A stretch of 64,000 nucleotides of DNA from an uncultured Candidatus Saccharibacteria bacterium. Lineage in GTDB: Bacteria; Patescibacteriota; Minisyncoccia; Phycocordibacterales; GWA1-40-21. How positions within the stretch are numbered: position 1 is the stretch's first letter; each line of letters opens with the position of its first letter. The stretch lies in NCBI GenBank assembly GCA_964613715.1, contig CAZTJK010000002.1, forward strand, positions 40,355 through 104,354, read 5' to 3'. The notes under the pieces are model-generated. The model searched no databases. It was not told the DNA's origin and was given only the letters and a program-made list of their open reading frames with translations. The translations under genes were made by a program, and so were the position numbers. This document shows positions 29,186-39,453 of this stretch, one piece after another.

Positions 29186-29884
29186 ATGTCTCACTATATG
29201 AAGTCTTTTCTTGATGTGCACCATCTCCACCACGCTTATTGTATCCTTGGTGAACGGGAACTAATCAAAAAAAATCTCCGGTCATTTTTTGCCAAACATC
29301 TCTACACGGATATTGCCGGGAATCCGGATGTGATAGAACGCGATTTCGACACCCTTGATATCGAGGATGCGCGCATGATCAAAAACATGCATGCATCGAA
29401 GCCAGCCGTATCTGATAGGAAGCTCTTCGTCGTAAGCGCGAATTTCATCACCGAGAAGGCGCAGAACGCCATGCTCAAGATGTTCGAGGAGCCGCGCGGT
29501 GACACGCATTTTTTCCTCGTTATGCCGTCTGCCGCTGGTATCATTGCGACGCTTCGCTCCCGTCTGTTCATGGCCGATGAGCGGATGGAAGAAAAAACAG
29601 CTTTGTCCGCGGATAATTTCCTGTCAGGCTCTATTACCAAACGCCTATCGATTATCAAGGACCTTATGGAAAAAGTAAGCGATGAGGAGGAAAGCAAAAT
29701 CACCGTCCTTGCATGCATCAACGGTATTGAAATAGCGCTTCACAAGCGGGCATTGCAGGCGAAGGACCGATCATTCGATTCTCTATTGGAACGGATCGAA
29801 ACTGCCCGCCGATATGCCATGGGCCCCTCGCCGTCTTTGAAAATGATTCTCGAATATCTTGCGCTTGTCATTCCGCTCGCATAA
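29186..29884 (+). CDS. holB: DNA polymerase III delta'-like subunit (truncated clamp-loader subunit)
   Basis: HHAYCI.G, NPD, IEDAR, AQNAMLKMFEEP and TLRSR. Alternative start at 29198. Confidence 0.82.
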   Translation: MSHYMKSFLDVHHLHHAYCILGERELIKKNLRSFFAKHLYTDIAGNPDVIERDFDTLDIEDARMIKNMHASKPAVSDRKLFVVSANFITEKAQNAMLKMFEEPRGDTHFFLVMPSAAGIIATLRSRLFMADERMEEKTALSADNFLSGSITKRLSIIKDLMEKVSDEEESKITVLACINGIEIALHKRALQAKDRSFDSLLERIETARRYAMGPSPSLKMILEYLALVIPLA

Positions 29885-29915
29885 CCGAGCTTTTTCCGCT
29901 ATACTTATGAGCATC

Positions 29916-30182
29916 ATGGAACAGCCAATAGAGAATATGCAAGCGAAGAAAAAGCCGATGCTCGAGCAGCTTGGTGAGATGAATGTCGCGAGCCTCATCG
30001 AATTTTTCAAGGGTAATCCGAACTTCATTATCCAGACGCTCGGCAAGAAGATGGAAGACGAAGCGCATGCAGGCGGCATCACGCCGGAAACATTTCGTAC
30101 TGCACTTCGCCGCATCATGACCAAAGTACCGGAGCCGGGCGATACCGAAGAGTTGCTCAATGTTATAAAAGCAAACAGATAA
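29916..30182 (+). CDS. Hypothetical protein
   Basis: MEQPIENMQ..., TATACT -10 box upstream, ends 2 nt before frr. Confidence 0.55.
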   Translation: MEQPIENMQAKKKPMLEQLGEMNVASLIEFFKGNPNFIIQTLGKKMEDEAHAGGITPETFRTALRRIMTKVPEPGDTEELLNVIKANR

Positions 30183-30184
30183 TC

Positions 30185-30736
30185 ATGGCTTACGATTTCA
30201 AACAGCTGAAGGAAAAGGTGAAAGGAGTTGATGAATGGCTCAAGAAAGAATATCTCGCATTGCGCACCGGCATTGCCACGCCAGCCGTGCTTGACGGCGT
30301 GCAGGTGGACGCATACGGGTCAAAAATGCATCTCAATCAAGTAGCAAGCATTGCGGTAGAAGATGCGCGTGCTATTCGCGTGAATCCGTATGACAAGTCG
30401 CAAGGCAAGGAAATAGAAAAGGCGATCGTCGCCGCGAATCTCGGTGTTTCGGTCGCGGTGGATGAAAAAGGCGTCCGCGTATTCTTTCCGCAGCTGACCG
30501 GCGAAAGCCGCGCGCTTCTCGTGAAGAATGCCAAAGCAAAGCTCGAGGATGCTCGTATACGCATTCGTGCGGCTCGGGATGAATGTTTGAAGGATATTGA
30601 TGCGAAAGAAAAAGAGGGCGGCATGAGCCAGGATGACAAGTTTCGTCATAAGAATGAAATGCAGAAGATTGTTGATGAAGCCAATAAGGCACTCGAAGTA
30701 TTGCTTGAGAAAAAGGAAAAGGAAATACATTCCTAG
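30185..30736 (+). CDS. frr: Ribosome recycling factor
   Basis: LRTGIATPAVLD, VDAYGS, IEKAI..ANLG, PQLT.E.R and KEKEI. Confidence 0.96.
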   Translation: MAYDFKQLKEKVKGVDEWLKKEYLALRTGIATPAVLDGVQVDAYGSKMHLNQVASIAVEDARAIRVNPYDKSQGKEIEKAIVAANLGVSVAVDEKGVRVFFPQLTGESRALLVKNAKAKLEDARIRIRAARDECLKDIDAKEKEGGMSQDDKFRHKNEMQKIVDEANKALEVLLEKKEKEIHS

Positions 30737-30739
30737 CAT

Positions 30740-31834
30740 ATGACTATCATCCTTTTCCTCATCATACTGACGGCACTTGTCTTCGTGCATGAGCTCGGTC
30801 ATTTTCTTACCGCAAAATTCTTCGGCGTGCGCGTCGACGAATTCGCCATTGGCTTTCCGCCGCGCCTCATTTCCCGTACGCGCGGCGAGACAAAATATTC
30901 GATCAATCTCATCCCATTTGGGGGGTACGTGAAAATTTTCGGAGAAAACCCCGAAGAGGGCATTGCGGATGGCCCGGACAGTCATCAGAGCTTCGCTCAT
31001 GCATCATGGTGGAAACAGCTTGTCATCCTGCTTGCCGGCATCAGCATGAACATTATTTTTGCCTGGCTCTTGATATCCATCTCGTTCAATATCGGCCTTT
31101 TGACATCAGTTGATGAAAGTTATCGCGATGTCGCCACCGATGTATCCGTCATCGTCTTATCGGTCGTGAAGAATTCTCCGAGCGACAAGGCGGGCTTGAA
31201 GGAAGGGGACAGCATCACCGATATCCAATCCGCCGGCATCGACAAGCAATATCCGACTATTTCCGATATTCAGTCTATTGTCGCTGACAGCCGCAGCCTG
31301 ATCACCCTGGATTACAAGCGCGGCAATGCGACTGCCACTGCGCAGGTCCTTGCCACGGACGGCCTCGTGGATGGTAAGAAAGCAATCGGCATTTCCATGG
31401 GCCTTGCCGGTACCGTCAAATACGGTTTTTTCAGATCGTTCTGGGAAGGGGCAAAGCTCACGGTGAGCGAAACGAAGAATATCACTGCAGGCATTTACGG
31501 ATTTATCATGGGCGCATTCCAAGGCCAAAGCGGCATCCTGAACAATATTTCCGGGCCGGTCGGCATCGCCGGCATGGTCGGCGAGGCGAGCCATCTCGGC
31601 ATCTCGTATCTTTTCGGATTCATCGCGATGATCTCGATCAATCTCGCCGTGCTTAACTGTGTTCCATTCCCAGCGCTTGACGGGGGCAGGGCGCTTTTCG
31701 TCGTGATTGAGGCTGTGATACGCCGCAAAATCAAGCCTTCTATCCTGAACTGGGTCAATATGCTCGGGTTCATCATACTCATCGCATTGATGATTTTCAT
31801 CACTTATACCGATATTGCGCGTCTCGTGCATTAA
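30740..31834 (+). CDS. rseP: RseP-like site-2 zinc metalloprotease (M50, with PDZ)
   Basis: HELGH, FAIGFPP, PFGGYV, GPVGI and N..PFPALDGGR. Confidence 0.93.
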   Translation: MTIILFLIILTALVFVHELGHFLTAKFFGVRVDEFAIGFPPRLISRTRGETKYSINLIPFGGYVKIFGENPEEGIADGPDSHQSFAHASWWKQLVILLAGISMNIIFAWLLISISFNIGLLTSVDESYRDVATDVSVIVLSVVKNSPSDKAGLKEGDSITDIQSAGIDKQYPTISDIQSIVADSRSLITLDYKRGNATATAQVLATDGLVDGKKAIGISMGLAGTVKYGFFRSFWEGAKLTVSETKNITAGIYGFIMGAFQGQSGILNNISGPVGIAGMVGEASHLGISYLFGFIAMISINLAVLNCVPFPALDGGRALFVVIEAVIRRKIKPSILNWVNMLGFIILIALMIFITYTDIARLVH

Positions 31835-31865
31835 AAAAGCCCTCGAATCTGTTCGTGGGCTTTTT

Positions 31866-32054
31866 CTATTGCGGCAGTGGCAACAGTTTTATTTTTTCAT
31901 GATCAGCGTTCGATCTGAAAAAAACATCGCCGCTTTTTCCGACCGCAAGAGCTGCTTTCTGTGCTTCAGGCGTGAGCATGTCGAATGTTACCTCCGAGGA
32001 GGCCGCATGCTTGTATGCTCGCGCAAGATCATCTTCTGATAGTATGAGCTGCAT
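31866..32054 (-). CDS. Orphan small protein
   Basis: GAGGAGG SD, TTGACA-N16-TATTCT promoter on the minus strand (32092-32119), shared bidirectional terminator at 31835-31866. Confidence 0.55.
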   Translation of the reverse strand: MQLILSEDDLARAYKHAASSEVTFDMLTPEAQKAALAVGKSGDVFFRSNADHEKIKLLPLPQ

Positions 32055-32159
32055 GAATCCTCCTCAAAAGATCGTTTCTGGTACTATAAATAGAATACAA
32101 TAATGAACTCATTTGTCAAATAATTGTTTTTTCCCTCTGCTTCATGTACTATTGTCCGC

Positions 32160-33422
32160 ATGTTGCAGTCGAAGTTGCTCACCAAGACCAGGAAAGAAGG
32201 TCCGAAGGACGAAGTGTCGAAAAATGCGAATCTCCTCATTCGCGCCGGTTTCATTCACAAGGAAATGGCGGGCGTCTATTCCTATTTGCCACTGGGCTTG
32301 CGCGTCATGAAAAAGATCGAAGCGATCATCCGTGACGAGATGAATGCCGTCGGCGGAACGGAAATGAAGACCTCCGTCATCCAGTCGAAAGAGGTCTGGG
32401 AAAAATCAAATCGCTGGGACGACAAGATCGTCGATAATTGGTTCAAGACTACATTGAAGAACGGCACGGAAGTCGGTCTGTCATTTACCAATGAAGAAGC
32501 ATACTCGAATCTCTTGAAGCAATATATCAGCTCATACAAGGATTTGCCCCTCTATCCGTATGATTTCAAGGAAATTTTCAGAAATGAGGCTCGCAGCAAG
32601 TCTGGGATACTGCGCGGCCGGGAATTCTATTGGAAAGCGCTCTATTCATTTTCAAAAGACAAACAAGAACATGACAGCTTTTATGCAATGATGACGAAGG
32701 CCTATGAGAATATTTTCAAAAAGGTCGGCATCGGCGATATCACCTATATCACTTTCGCATCCGGCGGCTCATTTTCGAAATATTCCCATGAATTCCAGAC
32801 GATCACCGAAGCAGGTGAAGACATTATCCATATTGATGAAAAGAAAAAGCTCGCAGTAAATAAGGAAGTGCTCGATGATGCCGGACTTTTGAAAGAAATG
32901 GGATTCGACAAGGCGAAGCTCGTCGAGAAGAAAGCCATCGAAGTCGGCAATATCTTCTCTCTTGGCACGAGATTCTCGGAGCCGTTCGACCTTTCTTATA
33001 AAGATGAGAAAGGCGAGAAGCAGTTCGTGTTCATGGGTAGCTATGGCATCGGCCTCGGGCGGCTTATGGGCACCATCGTGGAAGTGCTTGCGGATGAGAA
33101 AGGCCTCGTGTGGCCGGCTTCGATTGCTCCTTTTTCAGTGCATATTGTCGAGATTCCGTCTGAAAAATCAGCAGTGAAGAAAGCGGCTGAAAAGCTCTAT
33201 GCGACACTCCAGGCAGCAGGCATCGAAGCACTCTATGATGATCGCGATGCACGTGCAGGCGAGAAATTTGCCGACAGCGACCTTATCGGCATTCCACTGC
33301 GCATCGTCGTATCTGAAAAAGGACTTGAGAATGGAGTGTTTGAAGTGAAGGAACGAAAAAGCGGCAGCATCTCGCTCTTGAAAGAAAAAGAATTGCTTGC
33401 ATTCGTACACAAATATATATAG
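32160..33422 (+). CDS. proS: Proline--tRNA ligase (short form, no insertion editing domain)
   Basis: LLIRAGFI..GVYSYLPLG, FRNEAR..GILRGREF, IEVGNIF.LG, MGSYGIG and DDR..RAGEKFADSDLIG. Confidence 0.95.
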   Translation: MLQSKLLTKTRKEGPKDEVSKNANLLIRAGFIHKEMAGVYSYLPLGLRVMKKIEAIIRDEMNAVGGTEMKTSVIQSKEVWEKSNRWDDKIVDNWFKTTLKNGTEVGLSFTNEEAYSNLLKQYISSYKDLPLYPYDFKEIFRNEARSKSGILRGREFYWKALYSFSKDKQEHDSFYAMMTKAYENIFKKVGIGDITYITFASGGSFSKYSHEFQTITEAGEDIIHIDEKKKLAVNKEVLDDAGLLKEMGFDKAKLVEKKAIEVGNIFSLGTRFSEPFDLSYKDEKGEKQFVFMGSYGIGLGRLMGTIVEVLADEKGLVWPASIAPFSVHIVEIPSEKSAVKKAAEKLYATLQAAGIEALYDDRDARAGEKFADSDLIGIPLRIVVSEKGLENGVFEVKERKSGSISLLKEKELLAFVHKYI

Positions 33423-33424
33423 CC

Positions 33425-34486
33425 ATGTTCGAAAGTCTCAAGAAAAAAATCCAGAAATATTTTTCAAACGATATCGGCATCGATCTCGGTACGGCCAATA
33501 CGCTGGTTTACCTTGCTGGCAAAGGCATCGTCATCAATGAGCCATCAGTGGTCGCGCTCAATCAAAAGACCGACCGCGTGGTCGCAGTCGGCGTGCAAGC
33601 GAAGGAAATGCTCGGCCGCACCCCGCCGCATATCGTTGCAGTCCGGCCGCTTGTCGACGGCGTTATTTCTGATTTCGAAGTGACGGAAGAAATGATCGCA
33701 TATCTCGTGAAAAAGGCTGAAGAGCTTTTGCCGAAAGTCATCGGGCCACGCGTGGTGGTCGGCGTGCCATCCGGCGTTACGAACGTGGAAATACGCGCTG
33801 TGCGTGATGCGACGCGAAATGCCGGCGCGCGCGAAGTGCATATCGTCGAGGAGCCAATGGCAGGTGCCATCGGCATTCGTCTGCCGATTCATGATCCGGT
33901 CGGCTCGATGGTAATCGATATCGGCGGGGGAACAACGGATATCGCCGTCATATCGCTTGGTGGCATCGTGCGTTCGAAGAATCTCAAGATCGCGGGCGAC
34001 AAGCTCAACAACGACATCGTGAGCTATATCCGCGGTGAGTTCAAGATACTCATCGGCGAAAAAACGGCCGAACAGATCAAAATGTCGATCGGTGCAGTCG
34101 TTTCCGGCGGGCATCTCGAATCGTCCATCAAAGGCCGCGACCTCATCACTGGCCTGCCACGCGAAGTAATACTCACAGATTCGGATGTCCGCGAAGCGAT
34201 GTCCCAATCGATCGAATCACTTGTCGATGCCACGAAAGAAGTGCTCGAGACCACGCCACCCGAGATTCTTGCCGATATCATGCAGCGTGGTATCTATCTT
34301 TTTGGCGGCGGCGCGCTCATCAAGGGCTTGGACGCGCTCTTGCACGAATATCTGAAAATTCCGGTGCGTATTGCTGATGACCCGCTTACGGCGGTTGCGC
34401 GCGGCACCGGCATCATCCTCGAGAATCTCGACACGTATCGCGACGTATTAATCCAGAACGAAGATGCCTTACCGCCAAAGAAATAA
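33425..34486 (+). CDS. mreB: Rod shape-determining protein MreB, copy 2 (mre operon)
   Basis: DIGIDLGTANT, DIGGGTTD and GRDLITGLP, directly upstream of mreC. Confidence 0.96.
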   Translation: MFESLKKKIQKYFSNDIGIDLGTANTLVYLAGKGIVINEPSVVALNQKTDRVVAVGVQAKEMLGRTPPHIVAVRPLVDGVISDFEVTEEMIAYLVKKAEELLPKVIGPRVVVGVPSGVTNVEIRAVRDATRNAGAREVHIVEEPMAGAIGIRLPIHDPVGSMVIDIGGGTTDIAVISLGGIVRSKNLKIAGDKLNNDIVSYIRGEFKILIGEKTAEQIKMSIGAVVSGGHLESSIKGRDLITGLPREVILTDSDVREAMSQSIESLVDATKEVLETTPPEILADIMQRGIYLFGGGALIKGLDALLHEYLKIPVRIADDPLTAVARGTGIILENLDTYRDVLIQNEDALPPKK

Positions 34487-35264
34487 TGAATTCGAGCGCG
34501 TCAATCGCCGGCTGAAGCTCATGCCGCTTGCTCTTGCTGCGCTCATCCTTCTCATCGTCCTGTTTTCTTTCTCCGGTCCGCGATCATTTCTATTTGCAGT
34601 TGCGAGACCTTTTTGGGGCGTGCGTGATAGTATCGCATCATTTTTCGATGAAGCCATCAGTCTTGTGGTATCGAAGTCATCGCTCATTGCTGAAAATGTA
34701 GCACTGAAAAAGCAGGTAAGCGATATGGCTCGCCAGCAGGCCCTCTACCTGATTACTCAAGAGGAGAATGCTGATCTGAAAGCGCTGTTTGGCAGAAAAA
34801 GCACGGAACGGCCAGTGCTTGCCCGCGTGCTGGTCAAGCCGACCTTTTCACCCTTTGACACCCTTTTGATTGATCTGGGCAGCGCCGACGGCATTGCCAT
34901 CGGCAATATCGTGCGCGCGGCGAGCTCTACCTCTATCGGCTTCGTATCAGAAGTATATGATCATACCGCAAAAGTAACGCTCTATTCGTCAGACGGGCAA
35001 AAGACGAAAGTCGAAGTGGGGAAGGCAGCAACACTCAAGGAAGCGACCGGTCTCGGCGGCGGGAATTTTTCCCTACAAATGCCGGTTGGCTCGGGCGTTC
35101 ATGTGGGCGATGCGATTGTCATGCCGTCAGTGTCCCCGAATATATTCAGCACGGTGCAGAAAGTGGAATTCAAGCCGACAGACTCGTTCGAGCGGGTGCT
35201 GTTTCAGCTGCCGGTCAATGTAAGCGAACTTGTATTTGTCGAAGTGCTCTTGTCGCAAAAATAA
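34464..35264 (+). CDS. mreC: Rod shape-determining protein MreC
   Basis: TM, coiled coil (ENADLKAL), LLIDLGSADGI..G; overlaps the end of mreB. Confidence 0.88.
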   Translation: MPYRQRNNEFERVNRRLKLMPLALAALILLIVLFSFSGPRSFLFAVARPFWGVRDSIASFFDEAISLVVSKSSLIAENVALKKQVSDMARQQALYLITQEENADLKALFGRKSTERPVLARVLVKPTFSPFDTLLIDLGSADGIAIGNIVRAASSTSIGFVSEVYDHTAKVTLYSSDGQKTKVEVGKAATLKEATGLGGGNFSLQMPVGSGVHVGDAIVMPSVSPNIFSTVQKVEFKPTDSFERVLFQLPVNVSELVFVEVLLSQK

Positions 35265-35266
35265 TC

Positions 35267-35536
35267 ATGGTTCGGCGCATCTGTTTCAATATACTTTGTT
35301 TTCTATCGGTCCTGCTGCTGCCGGTGTTGGTGGCCGTCGCGGTGCTTGTCCTGGCTATTTTTCTCTGTGACGCGTTTGTCGAAGCGGTCGGCTGGGCATT
35401 CCTTATTGATACCTTGTACAGCGATGGCACAGTATTCGGCATCACATTCCATTATCCAGTTACCGCCTGCATGCTGCTTGTCCTGTGTGCTTCGCTCTTT
35501 ATCAAGCGGATGATGACCTGGTATCCGCGCCCATAA
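35267..35536 (+). CDS. Small membrane protein in the mreD position
   Basis: Very hydrophobic 89 aa between mreC and PBP2. MreD-like role inferred from position only. Confidence 0.55.
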   Translation: MVRRICFNILCFLSVLLLPVLVAVAVLVLAIFLCDAFVEAVGWAFLIDTLYSDGTVFGITFHYPVTACMLLVLCASLFIKRMMTWYPRP

Positions 35537-35547
35537 ATGAGCTTCCC

Positions 35548-37260
35548 ATGTCCAAGAAGATCAAAACACTGTTTGGCAATACAATAGATACGAAACGGAT
35601 CAAAGATATCGAGCCGGACGAGATTTTCCTTGATTCCGAAAATCTGCCGAAATTCGACGTGAACCAGTTCGAAGGACGCATCGAGAAATCAATTTCTACG
35701 GGCACATTCCTCGTATTCGGTATTGTATGCGCTCTTATTTTTGGTATATTCTTTGCGCGCTCCATTATTCTGCAAGGCGTTCGCGGTGCAGCCTATCTTG
35801 CCAAAAGTGAAAGCAATCGCCTGCGTTATACGGTGCTCTTTCCCGAGCGAGGGATCATCACGGACAGAAATGACGAAAAGCTTGCCTGGAATAGTGCAAG
35901 TGATACGAACAGTGAATTTTCATTCCGTACGTACAAAGATACTCCCGGCCTGTCGCATGCCGTGGGCTATGTGCAGTATCCATCGAAGGACGCTTCAGGG
36001 TTTTATTACAATGAGGATTTTCTTGGCGAAGACGGAGTCGAGAAATATTATAATGATGTATTGTCAGGTACGAACGGCCAGCAGATTATCGAGATCGATG
36101 CTGCAGGGAAACTTTCCTCTGAAAGCGTTGTCCGTCCTCCGGAAGACGGCACGAATCTCAAGCTGTCCATCGATGCCGGCTTGACCTCATTTCTGTATCA
36201 GACGATCCGCTCGCTTGCGCAGCAAGTCGGCTTTACAGGTGGCGGCGGGGTGATCATGGATGTGCATACCGGGGAAGTAATCGCACTGACGAGCTTTCCG
36301 GAATACGATTCGCAAGTCATGACCGATCGCGCAAATAAGAAAATCATCAATCAGTATCTTACCGATTCCAATAATCCGTTTCTCGATCGCATCATCGACG
36401 GCCTCTATACGCCAGGCTCCATCGTGAAGCCCTATATGGCATTCGCAGCGCTTACTGAAAAAATCATCGATCCGCTCACTACTATTTTGAGTACTGGTTC
36501 AATTTCGATTCCAAATCCCTATGATCCTGCGCATCCATCGGTCTTCCGCGACTGGCGACCGCAGGGTTATGTGGATGTTCGCCATGCGCTTGCCGTTTCT
36601 TCCGACGTGTATTTCTATGAAGTCGGCGGCGGATACCAGAATCAGAAAGGGCTCGGCATCAATCTTATCGATACATACATGAACATGTTCGGCTTCGGCA
36701 ATAGTCTGCCCGACGGATTTTTCAAAGGAAGCATCGGCGTGATCCCGACGCCCGATTGGAAGAAAGCGAATTTCAATGGTGAGGAGTGGAATATCGGAGA
36801 CACGTATCATACCTCGATCGGTCAATACGGCTTTCAGGTGACGCCGATGCAGGTGGTGCGAGCGGTTGCCGCAATTGCAAATGGCGGGACACTTGTGAAC
36901 CCATCGATACTCTTTGGCGGCGATGCGCATGGCACGGTCAAGCTCGACCTCGATCAGAATAATCTCCAGATCGTCCGCGAAGGCATGTCTTTGTCGGCCT
37001 CCGCCGGAGGGGTTGCGAGCGGCTTGGATGTCGGCTATGTCAAAGTCGGTGCAAAGACCGGCACCGCCGAGCTCGGCTCAAAGAAGCAATTCGTCAATTC
37101 CTGGGTTACCGGCTTTTTCCCGTATGATCATCCGAAATACGCCTTCGCCGTAATCATGGAAAAGGGGCCGGTGACCAATACTGTCGGCGGCGTTTATGTC
37201 ATGCGTCAGGTGCTTGATTGGCTCCATGCCACGAAGCCTGACTATCTCTCCAGTAACTGA
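35548..37260 (+). CDS. mrdA: Penicillin-binding protein 2 (class B transpeptidase)
   Basis: RGIITDRN, SxxK (PGSIVK), SxD (SSDVYFY), SIGQ and KTGTAE; in the mre operon. Confidence 0.92.
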   Translation: MSKKIKTLFGNTIDTKRIKDIEPDEIFLDSENLPKFDVNQFEGRIEKSISTGTFLVFGIVCALIFGIFFARSIILQGVRGAAYLAKSESNRLRYTVLFPERGIITDRNDEKLAWNSASDTNSEFSFRTYKDTPGLSHAVGYVQYPSKDASGFYYNEDFLGEDGVEKYYNDVLSGTNGQQIIEIDAAGKLSSESVVRPPEDGTNLKLSIDAGLTSFLYQTIRSLAQQVGFTGGGGVIMDVHTGEVIALTSFPEYDSQVMTDRANKKIINQYLTDSNNPFLDRIIDGLYTPGSIVKPYMAFAALTEKIIDPLTTILSTGSISIPNPYDPAHPSVFRDWRPQGYVDVRHALAVSSDVYFYEVGGGYQNQKGLGINLIDTYMNMFGFGNSLPDGFFKGSIGVIPTPDWKKANFNGEEWNIGDTYHTSIGQYGFQVTPMQVVRAVAAIANGGTLVNPSILFGGDAHGTVKLDLDQNNLQIVREGMSLSASAGGVASGLDVGYVKVGAKTGTAELGSKKQFVNSWVTGFFPYDHPKYAFAVIMEKGPVTNTVGGVYVMRQVLDWLHATKPDYLSSN

Positions 37261-37350
37261 TTTTGACTTTCACCCTTTTTATTGCTAGACTTCGCCTAAG
37301 TTTTACTGCGGCGATTGCGGATTATCAGGCTTACTAACAACCACATAACC

Positions 37351-37818
37351 ATGTCTGACGTGCAACGGGAATACCTTACGAAGCAGAAATACGAAGAGCT
37401 GTCCCACGAGCTCAAGGACTTGAAGAATGTCAAGCGAAAAGAAGTCGCAGAAGCGCTCGATTATGCCCGCGGCCTCGGCGATCTCTCCGAAAACGCCGAA
37501 TACCATGAAGCACGCGCCGAACAGGCCGAGATCGAAGAGCGCATTGCCAAGCTCGAATCCATCCTGAAGAATTCAGTCGTCGTCGAAGACCGCCATGGCG
37601 ACCATGCCATGATCGGCAGCACCGTCACCGTCGAGAAAAGCGACGGCACGAAGCGTACCTTCATGATCGTCGGTTCCGCAGAGTCCGATATGGCAGTCGG
37701 CAAAATCTCAAATCGCTCGCCGATCGGCCAGGCAGTCCTCGGCAAGAAAAAAGGCGAATCATTCTCGTTCAATTCGCCGAACGGCAAAATGGAATACAAG
37801 GTCGTCGAGGTGAAATAA
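37351..37818 (+). CDS. greA: Transcription elongation factor GreA
   Basis: GDLSENAEYHEA and ISNRSPIGQAVLG. Confidence 0.96.
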   Translation: MSDVQREYLTKQKYEELSHELKDLKNVKRKEVAEALDYARGLGDLSENAEYHEARAEQAEIEERIAKLESILKNSVVVEDRHGDHAMIGSTVTVEKSDGTKRTFMIVGSAESDMAVGKISNRSPIGQAVLGKKKGESFSFNSPNGKMEYKVVEVK

Positions 37819-37827
37819 TCTCTGCCC

Positions 37828-39285
37828 ATGTCATCGTTCGAAGAGCTTCGCAATACCAGGATTCAGAAACTCAATGCGCTCAAAGCCGCGGACGTCAATC
37901 CTTACCCGGCATCCGTTACGTGCGACGCAACGCTTGCTGAAGCTGCGGAAGATTTTGAAAAACTCGCGAAGAAAAAATTGCTTCATCTCGTCGGCCGCAT
38001 CATGGCGATTCGCGGGCAGGGAGGACTTATTTTCTTCACACTCTTTGACGGCACCGGATCATTCCAGGGGCTTTTGAAAAAGGATGAGATGGATGAAAAA
38101 ACATTCGAGCTCTTCACCGCAACGACCGATATCGGTGATTTTATTGAAATTGCTGGGAAATTGTTCACAACGAAGCGCGGAGAAAAAACGCTCCAAGTCG
38201 CTACCTGGCGCATGCTCGCGAAATCACTCCGGCCATTGCCGGAAAAATGGCATGGCCTGACAGATGAGGAAGAACGCTTTCGAAAGCGCTACCTCGATAT
38301 CCTGTCGAACTCAGAATCCAAGGACCTTATCGAAAAACGGGCTACTTTTTTCCGCTCCATGCGCGCATTCCTTGAAAAGAAAGGATTCATGGAGGTGGAC
38401 ACGCCGGTGCTCGAAAGCACGGCAGGTGGCGCCGAAGCCCGGCCGTTCATAACCCATTACAATGCCTATGACACGGATGTGTACCTGCGTATTTCTCCCG
38501 AGCTCTGGCTCAAGCGCCTCATGGTTGCAGGCTTCCGCAAGGTCTATGAAATCGGCCGCATCTTCAGGAATGAAGGAGCCGACAATGAGCATTTGCAGGA
38601 TTATACGCAGATGGAATTTTACAGCGCCTATACCGATTACACGGAAGGGATGCAGCTTGTCGAAGAGATGTATAAATATATCGCGAAGGAAACCTTCAGC
38701 ACGCTGAAATTCACCATACGCGGGTTTGAGATCGATCTTGGAAAAAAATGGACATCGATCGATTTCGTCGCGCTTATCCAGGAAAAAACAGGCATTGATG
38801 TCATGTCCGCATCGCTTTCTGCCATCGAGAAAAAGCTCCATGAACTTTCCATCGAATATGACCGGAAAGGCTTTAATATGAATCGCGGCATCGATGCATT
38901 GTGGAAGCATTGCCGCAAGCAGATTGCCGGCCCCGCGTTTCTGGTGAATATCCCGGTTGCCCTCGAACCGCTTGCCAAGCGCAGTGAAAAAAATCCGAAT
39001 ATCGTCGAACGCTTTCAAGTGATCCTTGCCGGCAGCGAAATGGGCAAGGGCTTCAGCGAGCTCAATGATCCGATCGACCAGCTCGGCCGCTTCGAAGAGC
39101 AGGCCAAGCTCCGCAAAGCAGGCGATGACGAAGCGCAGATGATGGACGGTGATTTTGTCGAAGCGCTCGAATACGGCATGCCGCCGACGTGCGGCTTTGG
39201 ACTTTCCGAACGCCTCTTCAGCTTCCTTGCCGACAAGCCGGTGCGCGAAGCACAGATTTTCCCATTCATGCGGCCGAAAGGATAA
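37828..39285 (+). CDS. lysS: Lysine--tRNA ligase (class II)
   Basis: LPEKWHGL.D.E.RFRKRYLD, GGAEARPF.TH, YLRISPEL.LKRL, FRNEG and YGMPP. Confidence 0.97.
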   Translation: MSSFEELRNTRIQKLNALKAADVNPYPASVTCDATLAEAAEDFEKLAKKKLLHLVGRIMAIRGQGGLIFFTLFDGTGSFQGLLKKDEMDEKTFELFTATTDIGDFIEIAGKLFTTKRGEKTLQVATWRMLAKSLRPLPEKWHGLTDEEERFRKRYLDILSNSESKDLIEKRATFFRSMRAFLEKKGFMEVDTPVLESTAGGAEARPFITHYNAYDTDVYLRISPELWLKRLMVAGFRKVYEIGRIFRNEGADNEHLQDYTQMEFYSAYTDYTEGMQLVEEMYKYIAKETFSTLKFTIRGFEIDLGKKWTSIDFVALIQEKTGIDVMSASLSAIEKKLHELSIEYDRKGFNMNRGIDALWKHCRKQIAGPAFLVNIPVALEPLAKRSEKNPNIVERFQVILAGSEMGKGFSELNDPIDQLGRFEEQAKLRKAGDDEAQMMDGDFVEALEYGMPPTCGFGLSERLFSFLADKPVREAQIFPFMRPKG

Positions 39286-39302
39286 AAATATTCCTCACGC
39301 TT

Positions 39303-39343
39303 TGCATCAAAAAAGCCTTACCGTGTAAGGCTTTTTTGATGCA
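39303..39343 (+). terminator. Long palindromic terminator after lysS
   Basis: TGCATCAAAAAAGCCTTAC-CGT-GTAAGGCTTTTTTGATGCA. Confidence 0.85.
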
Positions 39344-39371
39344 TGTTATCCACACAATGGATTGTTGTATT

Positions 39372-39417
39372 GTGGGATAAAGTGCTATAAAATATTCATT
39401 GAGTGGGAATAAGTGGG
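39372..39417 (+). promoter_or_regulatory. MraZ-binding direct repeats and dcw promoter
   Basis: GTGGG at 39372, 39403 and 39413 and GTGCT at 39382, spaced about 10 nt apart upstream of mraZ, matching the known MraZ operator pattern. Confidence 0.75.
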
Positions 39418-39453
39418 AGATAGTATTTTTCCGCGAATATCCCGCGCACACGT

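Noticed and set aside
39290-39453. Replication origin
   Set aside because: Only one perfect DnaA box, no dnaA or dnaN nearby, and the other repeats fit MraZ sites.
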